From Octopus sinensis (lineage: Eukaryota): a stretch of 64,000 bases of DNA. This document shows, in pieces, positions 27,321 to 40,779 of the stretch (its first letter is position 1; each line of letters begins with the position of its first letter). The position numbers and the translations under genes were made by a program. Where the stretch lies: positions 17,298,001 through 17,362,000 of the forward strand of contig NC_043009.1 in NCBI RefSeq assembly GCF_006345805.1. Reading direction: 5' to 3'. The notes beneath the pieces are model-generated. The model was given only the letters and a program-made list of their open reading frames with translations. It searched no databases and was not told the DNA's origin.

Positions 27321-27640
27321 TGAGGGTGCGTGGCTTAGTGGTTAGGGCATTCGGCTCATGATCGTAAGGTTGTGAGTTCGATTCCCGGCGACGCGTTGTG
27401 TCCTTGAGCAAGACACTTTATTTCACGTTGCTCCAGTCCACTCAGCTGGCAAAAATGAGTTGTACTTGTATTTCAAAGGGTCAACCTTGTCACTCTATGT
27501 GTCACGCTGATTATCCCCGAGAACTACGTTAAGGGTACACGTGTCTGTGGAATGCTCAGCCATTTGCACGTTAATTTCACGAGCAAGCTGTTCCGTTGAT
27601 CGTATCAGCTGGGACCCTCGTCGTCGTAACCTGCGGAGTC
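27321..27640 (+). mobile_element. Young tRNA-derived SINE (CORE-like body)
   Basis: TGGCTTAGTGG (box A), GAGTTCGATTCC (box B), TGTGTCCTTGAGCAAGACACTT; CpG-rich. Confidence 0.85.
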
Positions 27641-27646
27641 TTTTAA

Positions 27647-27709
<63 letters not shown>

Positions 27710-27737
27710 GTGTGTGTGTGTGGTGTGTGTGTGTGTG

Positions 27738-28042
27738 TGTGGAGGCGCAATGGCCTAGTGGTTAGGGCAGCGGACTCGCGGTCGCAGGATCGCGGTTTCG
27801 ATTCCCAGACCAGGCGTTGTGTGTGTTTATTGAGCAAAAACACCTAAAAGCTCCACGAGGCTCTGGCAGGGGGTGGTGATCCCTGCTGTACTCTTTCACC
27901 ACTCTTTCTCCCACTCTTTCTTCTGTTGGCCTGCTCGCTTAGCCAGCGGGGTGGCGTCATTCGAAGGCTAAAACAATGCGAATGCATTGTGACCAGCGAT
28001 GTGTAACAACATCTGATGGTGTGGTTGGTCACGTGATCACGT
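27738..28042 (+). mobile_element. Young tRNA-derived SINE, further family
   Basis: GTGGAGGCGCAATGGCCTAGTGGTTAGGGCAGCGGACTCGCGG...GGTTTCGATTCCC; CpG-rich. Confidence 0.85.
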
Positions 28043-29559
28043 GATATATATATATATATGTATGTGTGTGTATATGTTTGTGTGTGTGTGTTTGTCCCCC
28101 AACATCACTTGACAACGGTTGCTGGTGTGTTTACATCCCCATAACTTAGTACTAGGCTTACAAAGAATAAGTCCTGTGGTCGATTTGCTCAATTGACTAA
28201 AGGCGGTGCTCCAGCATGGCCACAGCCAAATGACTGAAACAAGTATCAAATTTAGATTTAGAGCATGGTTGTTTATGATTTGAGAAATTAGGTATAAAAT
28301 CACAAAAATTGCAAATTTGAATTTTGGAGCTGAAAAGTTACAGCAAAGAAGAAATATATGAAAAGTGGCTTAATTTTATTCTGATGGTCATTCCTGAGTA
28401 AATGTTTTAAAAGAAAAGTTGGCACCAGAAGAAGGTGCTGGTATGGTCATGTGATGCATATAGATGAAGACAGCTGCATAAAGAATATAGACACACCTTT
28501 ATAACATGAAAACATACATTTAGAATTTTTATATTTTGCTCTTATTTATTTTCCTTTTCTGAAAGTTTATCTAAAGTTTTCCTTCTACACTTGTTTATTT
28601 GTATCCCATAATTGTTATATTTATCAATTCCTGGCCTCTGATAACACACTCTTGTTAATCCATGAACTGTTGAAATGGACTGAAGTTTGTTCACTGGTCA
28701 TACTCAAATATTTCCACTCTGCATATTGTATTGTGTTGACATCTAGATGTGGAGGGAACTTCTAGAATAGAAAAATCCAGGAAGATGTGGGGCAAAGGGA
28801 TGAGAAATAATCTTAAAATGTTGAGCCTCACAGAGGAGACAACTAAGGATCCTGAAAAGAGCAATTTGCTACGCTTGAGAAGATTCCACCCAGCTAAATA
28901 AAATCAAGGCCATAAAAGCATGTCCTTTATATTCACGTCTCCTCATAATCTGCAACCCCCCAACAACCCATCTTTTCAATATCCTCTTCCCCCACCCATG
29001 TTCATAATCTGCTGCGTTCCCCCCCACTTTCCCACATACCTGCCTACACACGGTATTTTTCCCATTGCATCTTTTCTCCACAACATAACTTCCTAATATC
29101 CCCTCCTACCTGTGCCCACTCCATCTACCACTCTCCTTTCACAATCTCATGAACTCACTCACTCACTCACTCACTGTCACATCTTTAGCATCTCTCTCTC
29201 CTCTCTCTCTCTCACTCTCTTTCACTCTCCCCTCTCTTGCCACTCTCTCCCCCACCAGAGACAGCCACATTTCCCCTTTAATGCAAGACTCCTTTTCTGT
29301 CCCTCCATTCTACTCTTCCTCAGTTGAGGTGTGTGTGTGGTAGGTCTTGTCCTGCTGGTGCCAAATAAAAACCACCCAGTACACTCTGTAAAGTGATTGG
29401 CATTAGGAACGGCATCCATCCATAGAAATCATGCCAAAGGAGAATACAGGAATTGGTGCAGTCTTCTGACAGTCCCTGCTGAACCGTCCAACCCATGCCA
29501 GCATGAAAAACAGAATTAGATGATGATGATGATGATAATGAGGACTAATGAACTGGAAG

Positions 29560-30290
29560 AAGGAGAAAAACTTGGCGAGATTATTTCAGACAAGCTCAAT
29601 GCAGAAATCAAACAATTGCAAATAAGGAAGAACTCCAATGAACAAAAATTCCCATCAGCTGATAGACAAATGGAAATTTAAAAAAAACTCACTAAATGAG
29701 AATACTGTGAAACTTTGGAGAGAAAAATGTGAAAATGAAAACTTAATATTTCTACAGAAATAGAAGAAAAGTACTAATTGATGTAATAATTATGTAACTG
29801 AATTTTAAAAAAAAAGAGAGAATATTAATTTAGAATTATAATTACCAAGGACACAAAAGCAATAACATAAATTTCAGGATATTTACACAACATATGAAGA
29901 ATCTAAAGAAGAATCTAAAGAAACAAGAATCCAAACATCCACAAAGGAACAGGAATTGTAACTCAAGAAATTATTCCAGACGGAACCAGCCACAATTTAG
30001 ATTTAAGAATGAACGCTATTACTACAGAAAACTTGATAAAAACAAACAGAAACACTAACAGAATGATAGACATTAAAGGTAATTTTTTAGCACCTGTCAA
30101 TAGACTTTATTTCTCCAGGTGGTACATGTGAGAAACCAAAGATGATTAATCTTTCACACAACAACCCTTCAACACAGCAAATCCAGGTTCTCTCAAAAAG
30201 TTTAAAATTCACTCCAACACCATAACATGCTAACTTCAACGAAACACAGGGAGATATCAAATCATATCTAACAGAAGTAAAATATCTTCT
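29560..30290 (+). mobile_element. Penelope-like element N-terminal ORF relic
   Basis: INLSHNNPSTQQIQVLSKSLKFTPTP (~30145-30222) matches the PLE INLS...LSKGLxFxPTP motif; the left boundary is approximate. Confidence 0.6.
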
Positions 30291-30305
30291 GCAAAATATA
30301 TATAT

Positions 30306-30352
<47 letters not shown>

Positions 30353-32029
30353 AAGCTTCAGGAAGACAGTTGTCTTAAGCTACAGGTTGTAACAGCTACA
30401 AGTGAAATTTTGTATCACAATTCTTTCTCTATATCTGTTTTTCCTTGAGGCCAGCACTGCATATATTCTCAGAGGAAGTCGGGCAGTTGAATGATTTGTT
30501 GGTAGACCACAGGAGCTAAGGCAGACCACTGAAGATAGTCAATGTAACAAAAACTCAGGGATTTTTTCTGAGAGTTTTGTACCTCTTCTTCAACTACTCT
30601 CTGTCATGGAGGTCACCAAAGAATTCTCCGAACAGTATGATTTTGGATTGGGGATTAATCTCCATCCTAGAAATGTATTCTGCTTATCTCAAATAGCCAT
30701 GCTACTGGTGACTTTAACCTCCTGAGGATGTCAATTTTGGGTGATGAATTCACTTCAGGGGATTTTAAAGAATGGTGCCAGAGTAGCACTGCTATAAGAA
30801 CTCAAGATTCTTAGATGGGAAACAGCAGGTAGCCCACAACATGGAGCCATAAAAGAGAACTGGTCATTACAATGGTCCTGTCCATGCTGAACTTTGTGTA
30901 AAGGTGATGAAGGTGCTAATTGAGAAGATGAAGATGGGGAAGTTGAAGATAATAATGATAACGGGTAGGAGGAGAATGGAGGCAATGGTGGTGATCGTGC
31001 TGGCTGAGTTGATGATGATGATGGTTTATAAATATTATAATCATTATGTGTTGATTTTGAGAGAATTTGAAGAAATGAAATATGCTGAATTGCAGACCTA
31101 TTCAACCCAATATAGAAATAGAAATGCTAAAATACTGATGATGATGCAGTTTTCCTCATCACCATCAGCAGCAGCAGGAGTAGTGACATCATCATTACCA
31201 TCATCATTGTCATCATCCTTATCATCATCACCATCACCACCACCACTGCCATCACCACCACAACCACTGCCACCACCACCATCATTGTCTTGATCTGACA
31301 ATGAAGATGTCGATGATGGGGGACAGAAGTAAAGTGAAACAAAGCTACATATATACAACAAAAACGAGAAACAACATTACTTTTCGAAAATAATTGAGTT
31401 GTTCACTGTCTATTGACTTTAGATTTTTTTTCTTCTGTTTTTAACGAAACACTATTATTACTGTTGTTGTTGTTGTTAGTTTGATCATCCTTGTTGTTGT
31501 TGTTGTTGCTTTTATTAATGTTACTATTACTACTGCAACTGCATGTTGATGTTGTTGCTTTTGTTGTCCCACCACCACCACCACCACCACCACCACCACC
31601 ACCAACACCACCACCAACACCAACACCAGCAGGTATGGAAGTGCAGGAATTGGCTATGTTTAGAGGCAGAAAGTAATGCTGGAATCAATAAAGCAATTTT
31701 GCCAATTACAGCCGAACCCAAAGTGTTGTGTTTAAAGTTCAGTGTTGCTTGAAACTGTAGTCTGTGTGTTTGTACCATGGTTGTGTGTATATCTGTCTAC
31801 ACACACACACAAAACACAACAAACACGCATGTGTATAAGATTGGTGTGCATGTGTGTGTGTTTGTGATTGAGTGAGAATGTGTTTGTTAGTGAGCATGTA
31901 TGACTATACACACACACACACACACATATAAAATGAGCCAAACACATGGCTCATTCTATTCTAGTTATATTGTCTGTCACCATACAGTTATGTCTGCACA
32001 TAACTATACTCAAAGTACAAACACATACA

Positions 32030-33000
32030 GTGTACTGTACACATGACTATGTACTGTGTCCTTTACCCAAAAGTATACTACGTCTTTTATCAAATACTGT
32101 ACTGTGTCTCCATCTATAACTGTATGATGTAACTATCTCCATTTGCACTGATTCTCTATGTTACTGTACTATGTACCTGTCTATAACTGTATTGTTTCTG
32201 TATCTGTAACAGTATCATGTAACTGCTCATAGCTGTATTGTATCTGTCTGTAACTGTACTGTATCTCTCCATCTGTAACTCAAACATGTAATTCTTTATG
32301 ACTGTACTGCACCCCTGTCTATAACTGTTCTCTATCTCTATTTACAGCTGTATATCTGTCTACTTTTTCTCTGTACTTTGTCTTGAATTGTATTGTGGCT
32401 CTGTCTACAACTCCATAATTTTCTTGTCTCACAATCTAAACCTGTACAGTGTCCTTCATATTACTGTATTATATCTTTTTCTGTAAACATATTGTGTATA
32501 CCTATCATTTCCTGTAATTTCATTTTGTCTCTGCCTATAATTATGCTGTGAATGGGTGTATAACTACACCTTGTATAACCGTTTACCTGCCTAAAACTGT
32601 AGAGTGTGTCCCATTTTATAACTGCAGTGTCTCTTTATATATAACTATGATGTGTCACTATAACTCTAGTGTCTATATCAGCAACCGTACAGTGTCTCTG
32701 CCAACAGTAGCACTGTACATGTCTATCACTATACTGAGGTGTCTGTGTCTAAAATTTTATTCTCTCTCTCTCTCTCCCTCTCCCTCTCTCTTTCTCTCTA
32801 ACTGTACTGTGTGTCTGTTTATAGATGCAGTGTACTCTGTCTTCGTCTATAATTGTACTGTATAGAAAATATAACAGTACAGAGACAAAGCATAGCTGTA
32901 GCAATGCTATGTCTCTATAGCTCTGTTGATTCTCTGGGTATACTTGTACCGGAGTACTTGTCTAATAACTGGACTATGCTTCTATCAGTTTCTATCTATC
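32030..33000. repeat. Degenerate ~22-24-bp minisatellite (TATAACTGTACTGTGTCTCTATC-like)
   Basis: The motif recurs dozens of times and resumes at 34215-34325 and 36178-36360. Confidence 0.7.
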
Positions 33001-34212
33001 AACGTTTTGAACTATGAAGAATTTTTTTTTATCATCTTTTTGCAATTGTCTGATAATACTGACATAGACTTGCCCAAATGCATCAATAAATTAACATTGA
33101 TATCTTTTTCACCATTGTTACAATCACCTGAAATGCAAGTGTCAAAGTGTAATATTCGAGCAATTTTGCTATTCAACTTCAAAAAAGGACATAAAGCAGC
33201 TGAAACTGCTCGCGATATCAACGAAACATTTGGTGAGGAAATGACCAGTGAGTGGTCAGCTCAAAAATGATTTAAACGATTTCTCAGGGAAGACCCGAGC
33301 CTTCAAGATTGTGAGTGTAGTGAACGCCCATCTATCATCAATGACAGTCAATCAAAGACCATCATCGAGAAAAATCCATGTAAAATCACTCAAGAACTGG
33401 GAAAAGAACCTTCAAGTTAGCCAGAAAACTGCCTGCAACCATTTGCATGTGATTGGAAAATTAGAAAAAGCTTGACAAATGGGTACCATATGTTTTGAAT
33501 GAAAGTCAGAAAATGTGCAGATATGAAATTTGCTCGTTGCTTCTTCTTGATAACCAGACCGATCCATTTCTCAACTGTATCATAATTTGCAATAGAAATT
33601 GGATTCTGTACAATAATTAAAAACATTCTTTGCAGCGGTTGGACCAAAATGAAGCACCGAAAACCTTCCCTAAACCCGAGCTCTTCAAAAAGAAGGTTAT
33701 GGTGACTGTTTGGTGGTGTACTGCTGGACTCAGCCACTATAACTTCTTAAAACCTGGAAAAACCATTACTGCAGATACATATTGCCATGAAATTACCAAA
33801 ATGAATGAAAAACTGCTACTCCTCTGTCCCAGACTGGTCAACAGAAGAGGGCCAATCATTCTTCATAACAATACTCGACCACACGTTTCACTAACGACGT
33901 TCCAGAAGGTACTTGGCTACAAGGTTCTTCCCCACCCAACTTAGTCCCAAGATCTTTCTCCTTCCGGCTACCACTTTTTCAAGCACCTTGATAGTTTCCT
34001 GCGAGAGGAGTTCAAAAAGGAAACCAATGCTGAAAGTGCAAAATGTTCATCAGCTCCAGAACTCCAGATTTTTATGCTACCAGAATAAATAAACTGATAA
34101 CTCATTGAATGTAACGGTACTTACTTTGATGAATAAAATTTCCACTTTGTTAAAATATATTGTGATGAATTTCATGTTTCAAAACATTACTTATTTTTTA
34201 CTCAGCCTGATA
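33000..34212 (+). mobile_element. Mariner transposon pseudogene (Hsmar1/cecropia-like)
   Basis: MQVSKCNIRAILLFNFKKGHKAAETARDINETFG, WVPY, KKVMVTVWW, ILHNNTRPH, PHPT*SQDLSPSGYHFFKHLD; several stops and frameshifts; right TIR-like end TTACTTATTTTTTACTCAGCCTGATA. Confidence 0.9.
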
Positions 34213-34545
34213 TAACCATATTGTCTCTGTTAGCTGTACTTCTCTATAACTCTGCTGTGTCTCTATGATTGTAGTGTGTACTTGACTATAACTGTACTGT
34301 ATTCCTGTCTCAAACTGTACTGTATATATGTTTATCTTTCATCTTTTACTTGTTCCAGTCATTAAAGGGTTTACTCAAACAAACTGACCCCCAGGACTGA
34401 TTTTTTTCAACCTGGTATTTATTCTATCAGTCTCTTTAGCTGAATCTCTAAGTTATGGGAATGTTAACAACCAGCAACAGTTGTCAACAGTGGTGGGAGA
34501 CAAACGCAATAGCACACATATATACACTCATATATATGTACATAT

Positions 34546-34592
<47 letters not shown>

Positions 34593-35236
34593 TTAGAAGA
34601 CTGTTATTGTCAGAGAATGATCATTGGTTTTGCACCTATAAAGCACTTACCTGTAGAGGCAAAAATCAGACCCAAATGGCCTGTGGCACACAGGCTCTTT
34701 ACAACTGGAGGTAAGAAAACATCATGCTCAGTTAATTTTGTAAATAAAAATTCTGCAACAAAACTCTACTGGCAAAGAGAGGTACAACATCACATCCCTG
34801 GCCAGCTACATATGGCATTTAAAAGAGGAGGATATGCCATACATAATTAAATGGAAGATCCTAGAACAACCAGCGTCATACCTCGATGGGAGTAAACGAA
34901 TTTTGAAAAATAGAAACATTTAGTCAGTGCCCTCATCAGAGGAAATTCATGTTGAAAACATGGAATTCCCCATTTGCTGACTTGGAAAATGTTGCCATGC
35001 TCAGACATTTGTGGCAGGCCTATTGTAGACATAACTGATTGCATGCTGGGGCACCTGCAAAGTGGTGTCTCCGTGTAGCAAGAGTTTATTGACTGAAACA
35101 AGTAAAAGATAAAAGAACTGTATGTATACAGTTGTTGAAAAACCATTTTGGATAGAAAAAAGTCAAAGACTGCTTGTAACCATGCTATATTTATAGCCTT
35201 AAATGCTTTGAGATTCATTGTTCTAAGAAAGCATTG

Positions 35237-35288
<52 letters not shown>

Positions 35289-35457
35289 CATATATAGGTG
35301 TGTGTGAATAGATAGATAGATAGATATATAGATATGTACATATGTTTTATATTGTGTCTAGCTGTCTCTGTCACTTTATATATGTGTGTGTATGTATCTA
35401 TGTATGCATATATGTATATATATGTGTGTGTGTGTGTGTATAGGTATGTGTGTGTGT

Positions 35458-35646
35458 AATTATAAGATATATAAATATATTTATGTATACTAGGGTACTA
35501 CATATGCACCAGTTGCACTAAAAATAGAAATCAAAATACTCCTAAGCTACAGGCATAGGAGTACTTTGACTTCTATTTTTAGCAAAGCAGGTGCTTATGT
35601 AGTACCCTAGTATATATAAATATACTTATATATCTTATATATAATT
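35458..35646. repeat. Imperfect foldback, ~90-bp arms
   Basis: TATACTAGGGTACTACATATGCACC...CAAAATACTCCTA / TAGGAGTACTTTG...GGTGCTTATGTAGTACCCTAGTATA. Confidence 0.85.
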
Positions 35647-35771
35647 TTTAATTTTGCCTATATGGCTTTTACGCTTGTGGTCACTAATGTTATAATTTTT
35701 AGGAATAATAATGGTCTTTTATATTTATATATATATGTATATATGTATGTATATATCTATATCTATATCTA

Positions 35772-35802
<31 letters not shown>

Positions 35803-35832
35803 TATATATAGCTATCTCTCTATCTATCTATC

Positions 35833-35875
<43 letters not shown>

Positions 35876-36038
35876 ATATGTGTGTGTGTGTGTGTGTGTG
35901 CATATGTGAGTGTGTGCATGTGTGTGTGTGTGTGTATAAATTGTGTCTTTGCTCATGTCTCATAAATGTACCATGCTTCTGTGTGTAGCTGAAAACTGCC
36001 GCCTTTTATAAACAGTACTATGTGCCTATCAGTAACTG

Positions 36039-36072
<34 letters not shown>

Positions 36073-36139
36073 CTCTCTCTCTATCTATCTATCTATATAT
36101 ATATATATATAAAACTATACAATTTTTCTTCCTATAATT

Positions 36140-36179
<40 letters not shown>

Positions 36180-37796
36180 ACTGTACTTTGTGCTAGTGTG
36201 TGACTGTACTGAGTAGCTGGCTACAACTGTACTGTGTCTAAGTCTATAATTGTACTGTGAACCTGTCTATGACTGTATTGTGTCTCTATCTGTAACTATG
36301 CTGTGAATCTATATATATATATAGCTGTATTTTGTCTCTCTGCAACTGTGCCCTGTCTCTATGTGTAAACAAATTATTTGCATGTGTTAGTGTTTATGAG
36401 TATACGTGTTCACATGAGTGAGTGCGAAGATGTGTGTGTATTTGCGTAAATGTGTTTATATGTATATATATGTGTGAGTGTATAGCAGCATCTATATTTG
36501 TGTATGTTCCAGAGTACATGGGTGTCTCTATATGTTTGTCTGCAAGTGTGTATGAATATATTACATGTGTATATGTAAGTGTGAATTTATTATATGTGTG
36601 ACACATGTCATATCCATTCAGCTGAGTGTTTCATGAACCATATATGTGTCATTGGAATACTCAACCACCTAAATTATAAATCAATGAGGCAGCTGGTCAG
36701 TTGACTGAACTACTAAATACTTTCTATGAAAAATTACTTTCCTGCCACACAATTCCACAACCCAAAAGCTATAAAAAATTTTGTCTTGAAATTTAGATGC
36801 TTTAAAGTTGAAGGAATCTTCTTGATAAGTCTTCAACTCACATTCACTCAACAAATTAATTTTTTCATTTTGCCTTAGTGATAGGTCATAAATAGTCTAA
36901 TATCTGAAAACTATAATAAAGATGAATCTATCATTATTTTTTTGAGAGCCTTCACTGAGGAGATTAAGACAATGTGAAAACTATCCTGTCACTCTCTTAA
37001 TTAAACAAAAATATTTAGAAATCCTCTCACAGATCTGTTTCAGGGATAATAGTCAGAGATGTACCATTATTCTTCAGCTACCTAGGGAACTTTAAACCCA
37101 AATCAGTATATACAGTAGTAGCTTATCAATCCAGCTGTTAAAGTGATACTTTGATAAGCTACTGCTATATAATGATTTAGATCATGTTTTCTGGGTATCT
37201 AAATGATAAAGCAACATTTCCTCTGATGAGAGACAACTATCCTGGAAACACATCTGTTGTTTCTTCAAGCGAATAACAGGATGGTTTTCACATCATCTGC
37301 AATCTCCTCAGCTGAGGTTTTCAAATAAATAACTGTAAAGTTATCTACATTATACTTGTTCCAGATATCCAGAATTAAGCTATGTTCTATACAAATATAT
37401 ATTGTGCTCTGCATTTTATCATCTTGCCCATATTCAACTTATGTAACTAAAAGTTTCCAAACAAACTAAAAGAGAAACCTTTCCAAAACATATTCTTTTT
37501 TTTATGCCTGTACACTAACATGGATGGAATAAGAGAGTTGGTTGGAACAGAAATCTCTTCCTACTGCAAATATTTGAACTATGTATTTGTAAGACAGGAA
37601 CATACTATTACCTTGGTGGATTCTGACAAGCACAATGTAAGATATGGCCTCATGACCACGGGATCAGTAGTCCAGCTCCTAATCATACAGTCATTGTACT
37701 TCTTAACATCAAGGTAGCTATGTCCAGACCAATATGTAAACTACATACACACATCCCCAGAATATTAACTTTGTACTTGTTAACTGTTCACTAACA

Positions 37797-37969
37797 TAGG
37801 CACAGGAGTGGCTGTGTGGCAAGTAGCTTGTTTACTGACCACATGGTTCCGGGTTCAGTACCACTGCGTGGCACCTTGGGCAAGTGTCTTCTACTATAGC
37901 CTCGGGCCAACCAAAGCCTTGTGAGTGGATTTGGGATATGGAAACTGAAAGAAGCCTGTCCTATATATT

Positions 37970-38000
<31 letters not shown>

Positions 38001-38210
38001 ATGTTTGTGTCTGTGTTTGTCCCCCAACATCGCTTGACAACCGATGCTGGTGTGTTTACGTCCCCGTAACTTAGCAGTTCATCAAAAGAGACTGATAGAA
38101 TAAGTACTAGTCTTACAAAGAATAAGTCCTGGGGTTGATTTGCTCGACTATGGGCAATGCTCCAGCATGGCCGCAGTCAAATTACTGAAACAAGTAAAAG
38201 AGTAAAAGAG
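37797..38210 (+). mobile_element. Full-length dominant tRNA-derived SINE
   Basis: AGGCACAGGAGTGGCTGTGTGG...GGGTTCAGTACCAC head, internal (TA)(TG) tract, tail ACTGAAACAAGTAAAAGAGTAAAAGAG. Confidence 0.9.
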
Positions 38211-38689
38211 TAACTCATATACACACATTTATAATTAAAAATGCTCTTTTTTTCACTATAATTTTCAACTATGTAAAATCTAGTGATATCCACCCATAGA
38301 GTGGATATCACTAAATAATGTTAAATGAATCTGATCTGATAATTGTTGCCTGTTTGTATCAAACTTACTCTACAGATGCTATACAAATATTGGTGGATGT
38401 TTTCGTACTGTAAGTATGGTGTGATGTTTGGAGCTGTATAAGTAGAATTATGACTCTAACAATGTTGTGATAACTTTATAACTGCATTGGTTAATGTGTT
38501 GATGTCATTGCATCTGAGGTGATATGGTGATGGTAGGTGAAGTTGTATCATTGTGTAACATGGTGGATCAGGCATTGTAATGACATCTATAGCCATGAGG
38601 TATCCTAGCTGAGATACTGTGGGGGAGCATGGTGGGTGGGGGATTATGGTGAGTGAGGCATAATAGTAACAATTATAGTGAAAAATTGG

Positions 38690-38960
38690 GGTAGTGGACT
38701 AAGTACTGTAGGGACATCATGTGTGGTGGGTAAGGTGCTGTAGGGACATCCATTGTGATGTGGTGGTGAGGTAATATAGAGACATCTGTTCTGGTGTGGT
38801 GGGTGAAGAGGGATCTGTTGTGGTGTGGTGTTTGAGGTATTAGAGGGACATCTGTTATGTAGTGGGTGAGGTACTGCAGTGATATCTGTTGTTGGGTGGT
38901 GGGTGAGGTACTGTAGAGACATCTGTTGTGGTGTGGTAGCTGAAACATTATATAGACAGG
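38690..38960. repeat. Degenerate ~33-bp tandem repeat
   Basis: GGTGAGGTACTGTAGAGACATCTGTTGTGGT-like unit repeated about 8 times. Confidence 0.7.
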
Positions 38961-40701
38961 AGATGTAGCTGCAGTGATGTGCTAGAAATGGTGGAGGCAT
39001 AGCTAGAATCACTAATATTACAATGTACCATGAACAGCATCCTACAATGTAGTCTTGTCCCCTCAGCACAAGAGGCCAGAAAGTTATAGACATTGTATTT
39101 ATGATGAAGCATTGAACTAACTAAAAACTGTTCTGTGGATAAGTGACAGGCAGGACACAAATTTCACATCGGAACAAATAAGGCCATGATGTAGATTGCA
39201 GCTGAACAGTCATGGTTTTGTTTACAGGGTAATTAATATTAAATAATTGGTTGTTTTGGGTATTTAGCTAGATAATTGTATTTTCCAGTTCCCTGGATTA
39301 ACTTTGACTAGTTTTACGTACGTCCATAGTTGAGTAAATGCAGACCAATAATAAACTAGAGTCACAGACTAAATTTTTGCCAGCATAGGCAGAAAAATGA
39401 AAAAAAAAAATTAGACAGTGCAAATGAAGATATCAAATAAAATTTAGAAAGCTCCTGGCAGTTGCCTTCCCATTAATGTATTTCAGCTGACAATGGCAGT
39501 TGTAAAGTGGTATCACATACAATCCCAATGTAGTACAGACATTACTGAGCATTAGATAATGTTGATAGTATTGTTAGATTGATAATGGTGATTAATGTTG
39601 ACAGGTTGAAATGGGTGATAGTGTTGCTAAGTTGATAATGTTATAATGTTGATATAACATTGTTATATTGATAATGGTGGTAGTATTGTCAAGCTGAAAT
39701 AGATGATAATGTTGATTGTGTTGTTAGACTGATATGGTGATAGTGTTGTTAGACTGATATATGGTGGTAGTGTTGTTAGAAAGAAATGGGTGATAATGTT
39801 GTAGAGTTGATAATGTTGATAGCATTGTGAGATTGATAATGGTGATAATGCCAAATTGAAATGGGGTATAATGTTGATAGTGTTGTGAAATTCATAATGG
39901 TGACAGTGTTGTCAGGTTGACAGTGGTGATGGTGTTGCGGATTTAATCACTGAAAATCACTGAGGTATAAATTGATAATGTTATTAGACTGTGATTTTGA
40001 TTACCTGTAACAGGATTAATGTATTCATTATTTAGTCAACCTGTGGTAGGAATGCACATGATGTTTAAAGGATTTACACAAACTAGTGCAGGTGAAGAAG
40101 CAGGCATTTTAGGATCCAATTTTATCAACAATATGGTCCCTACAAAAGTATGAAAGCTCATTGAAGAATGAGAAGGTTCTGCAATGACCCTAAAAGTTTT
40201 AGCTGCACAGGAAAAATGGTAGGAATGTTGTGCTTAATGTAATTTCATATTTCCCTTTTTTTCTTTTTTTAGTTTAAAAATTGCAACAATAGCATGGATG
40301 TGTGGTTAAGAAGCTTGCTTACCATCCATATGGTCTCAGGTTCAGTCCCACTGAGCAGCAACACATATGTGTGTGTGTCACAATCCAGGTATTTCAACAT
40401 GCAGGATGCTGGGAACAGTCCAGTAGTGTGCTCGGTGTATATGAGTACATACAGACAAAGATATGTACATACATATATATATAAAACATATATATATACA
40501 TATACATTTTGGTATGTATATCTCTGCATCATTTATATCTACAGAGTTATAAATCTAGGCCTAGTACTTATTCTATCGGACTCTTTTGCTGAACCACTAA
40601 TTTACATGGACGTATTCACACCAACATCAGTTGTCAAGTGATGGTGGAGGGACAAACACAATCACAAAGACACACACATATGTATATATACATACATATA
40701 C

Positions 40702-40740
<39 letters not shown>

Positions 40741-40743
40741 TTA

Positions 40744-40776
<33 letters not shown>

Positions 40777-40779
40777 TAT

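Larger units (their letters stand above)
27102..28245 (+). mobile_element. Dominant SINE interrupted by two nested younger SINEs
   Basis: Head 27102-27268 and tail ~28070-28245 belong to one SINE; the inserts sit in its internal (TA)/(TG) tract. Confidence 0.85.

Noticed and set aside
27321-27812. tRNA-like sequences with A and B boxes
   Set aside because: They are SINE heads continuing into SINE bodies, with no complete cloverleaf or acceptor stem.
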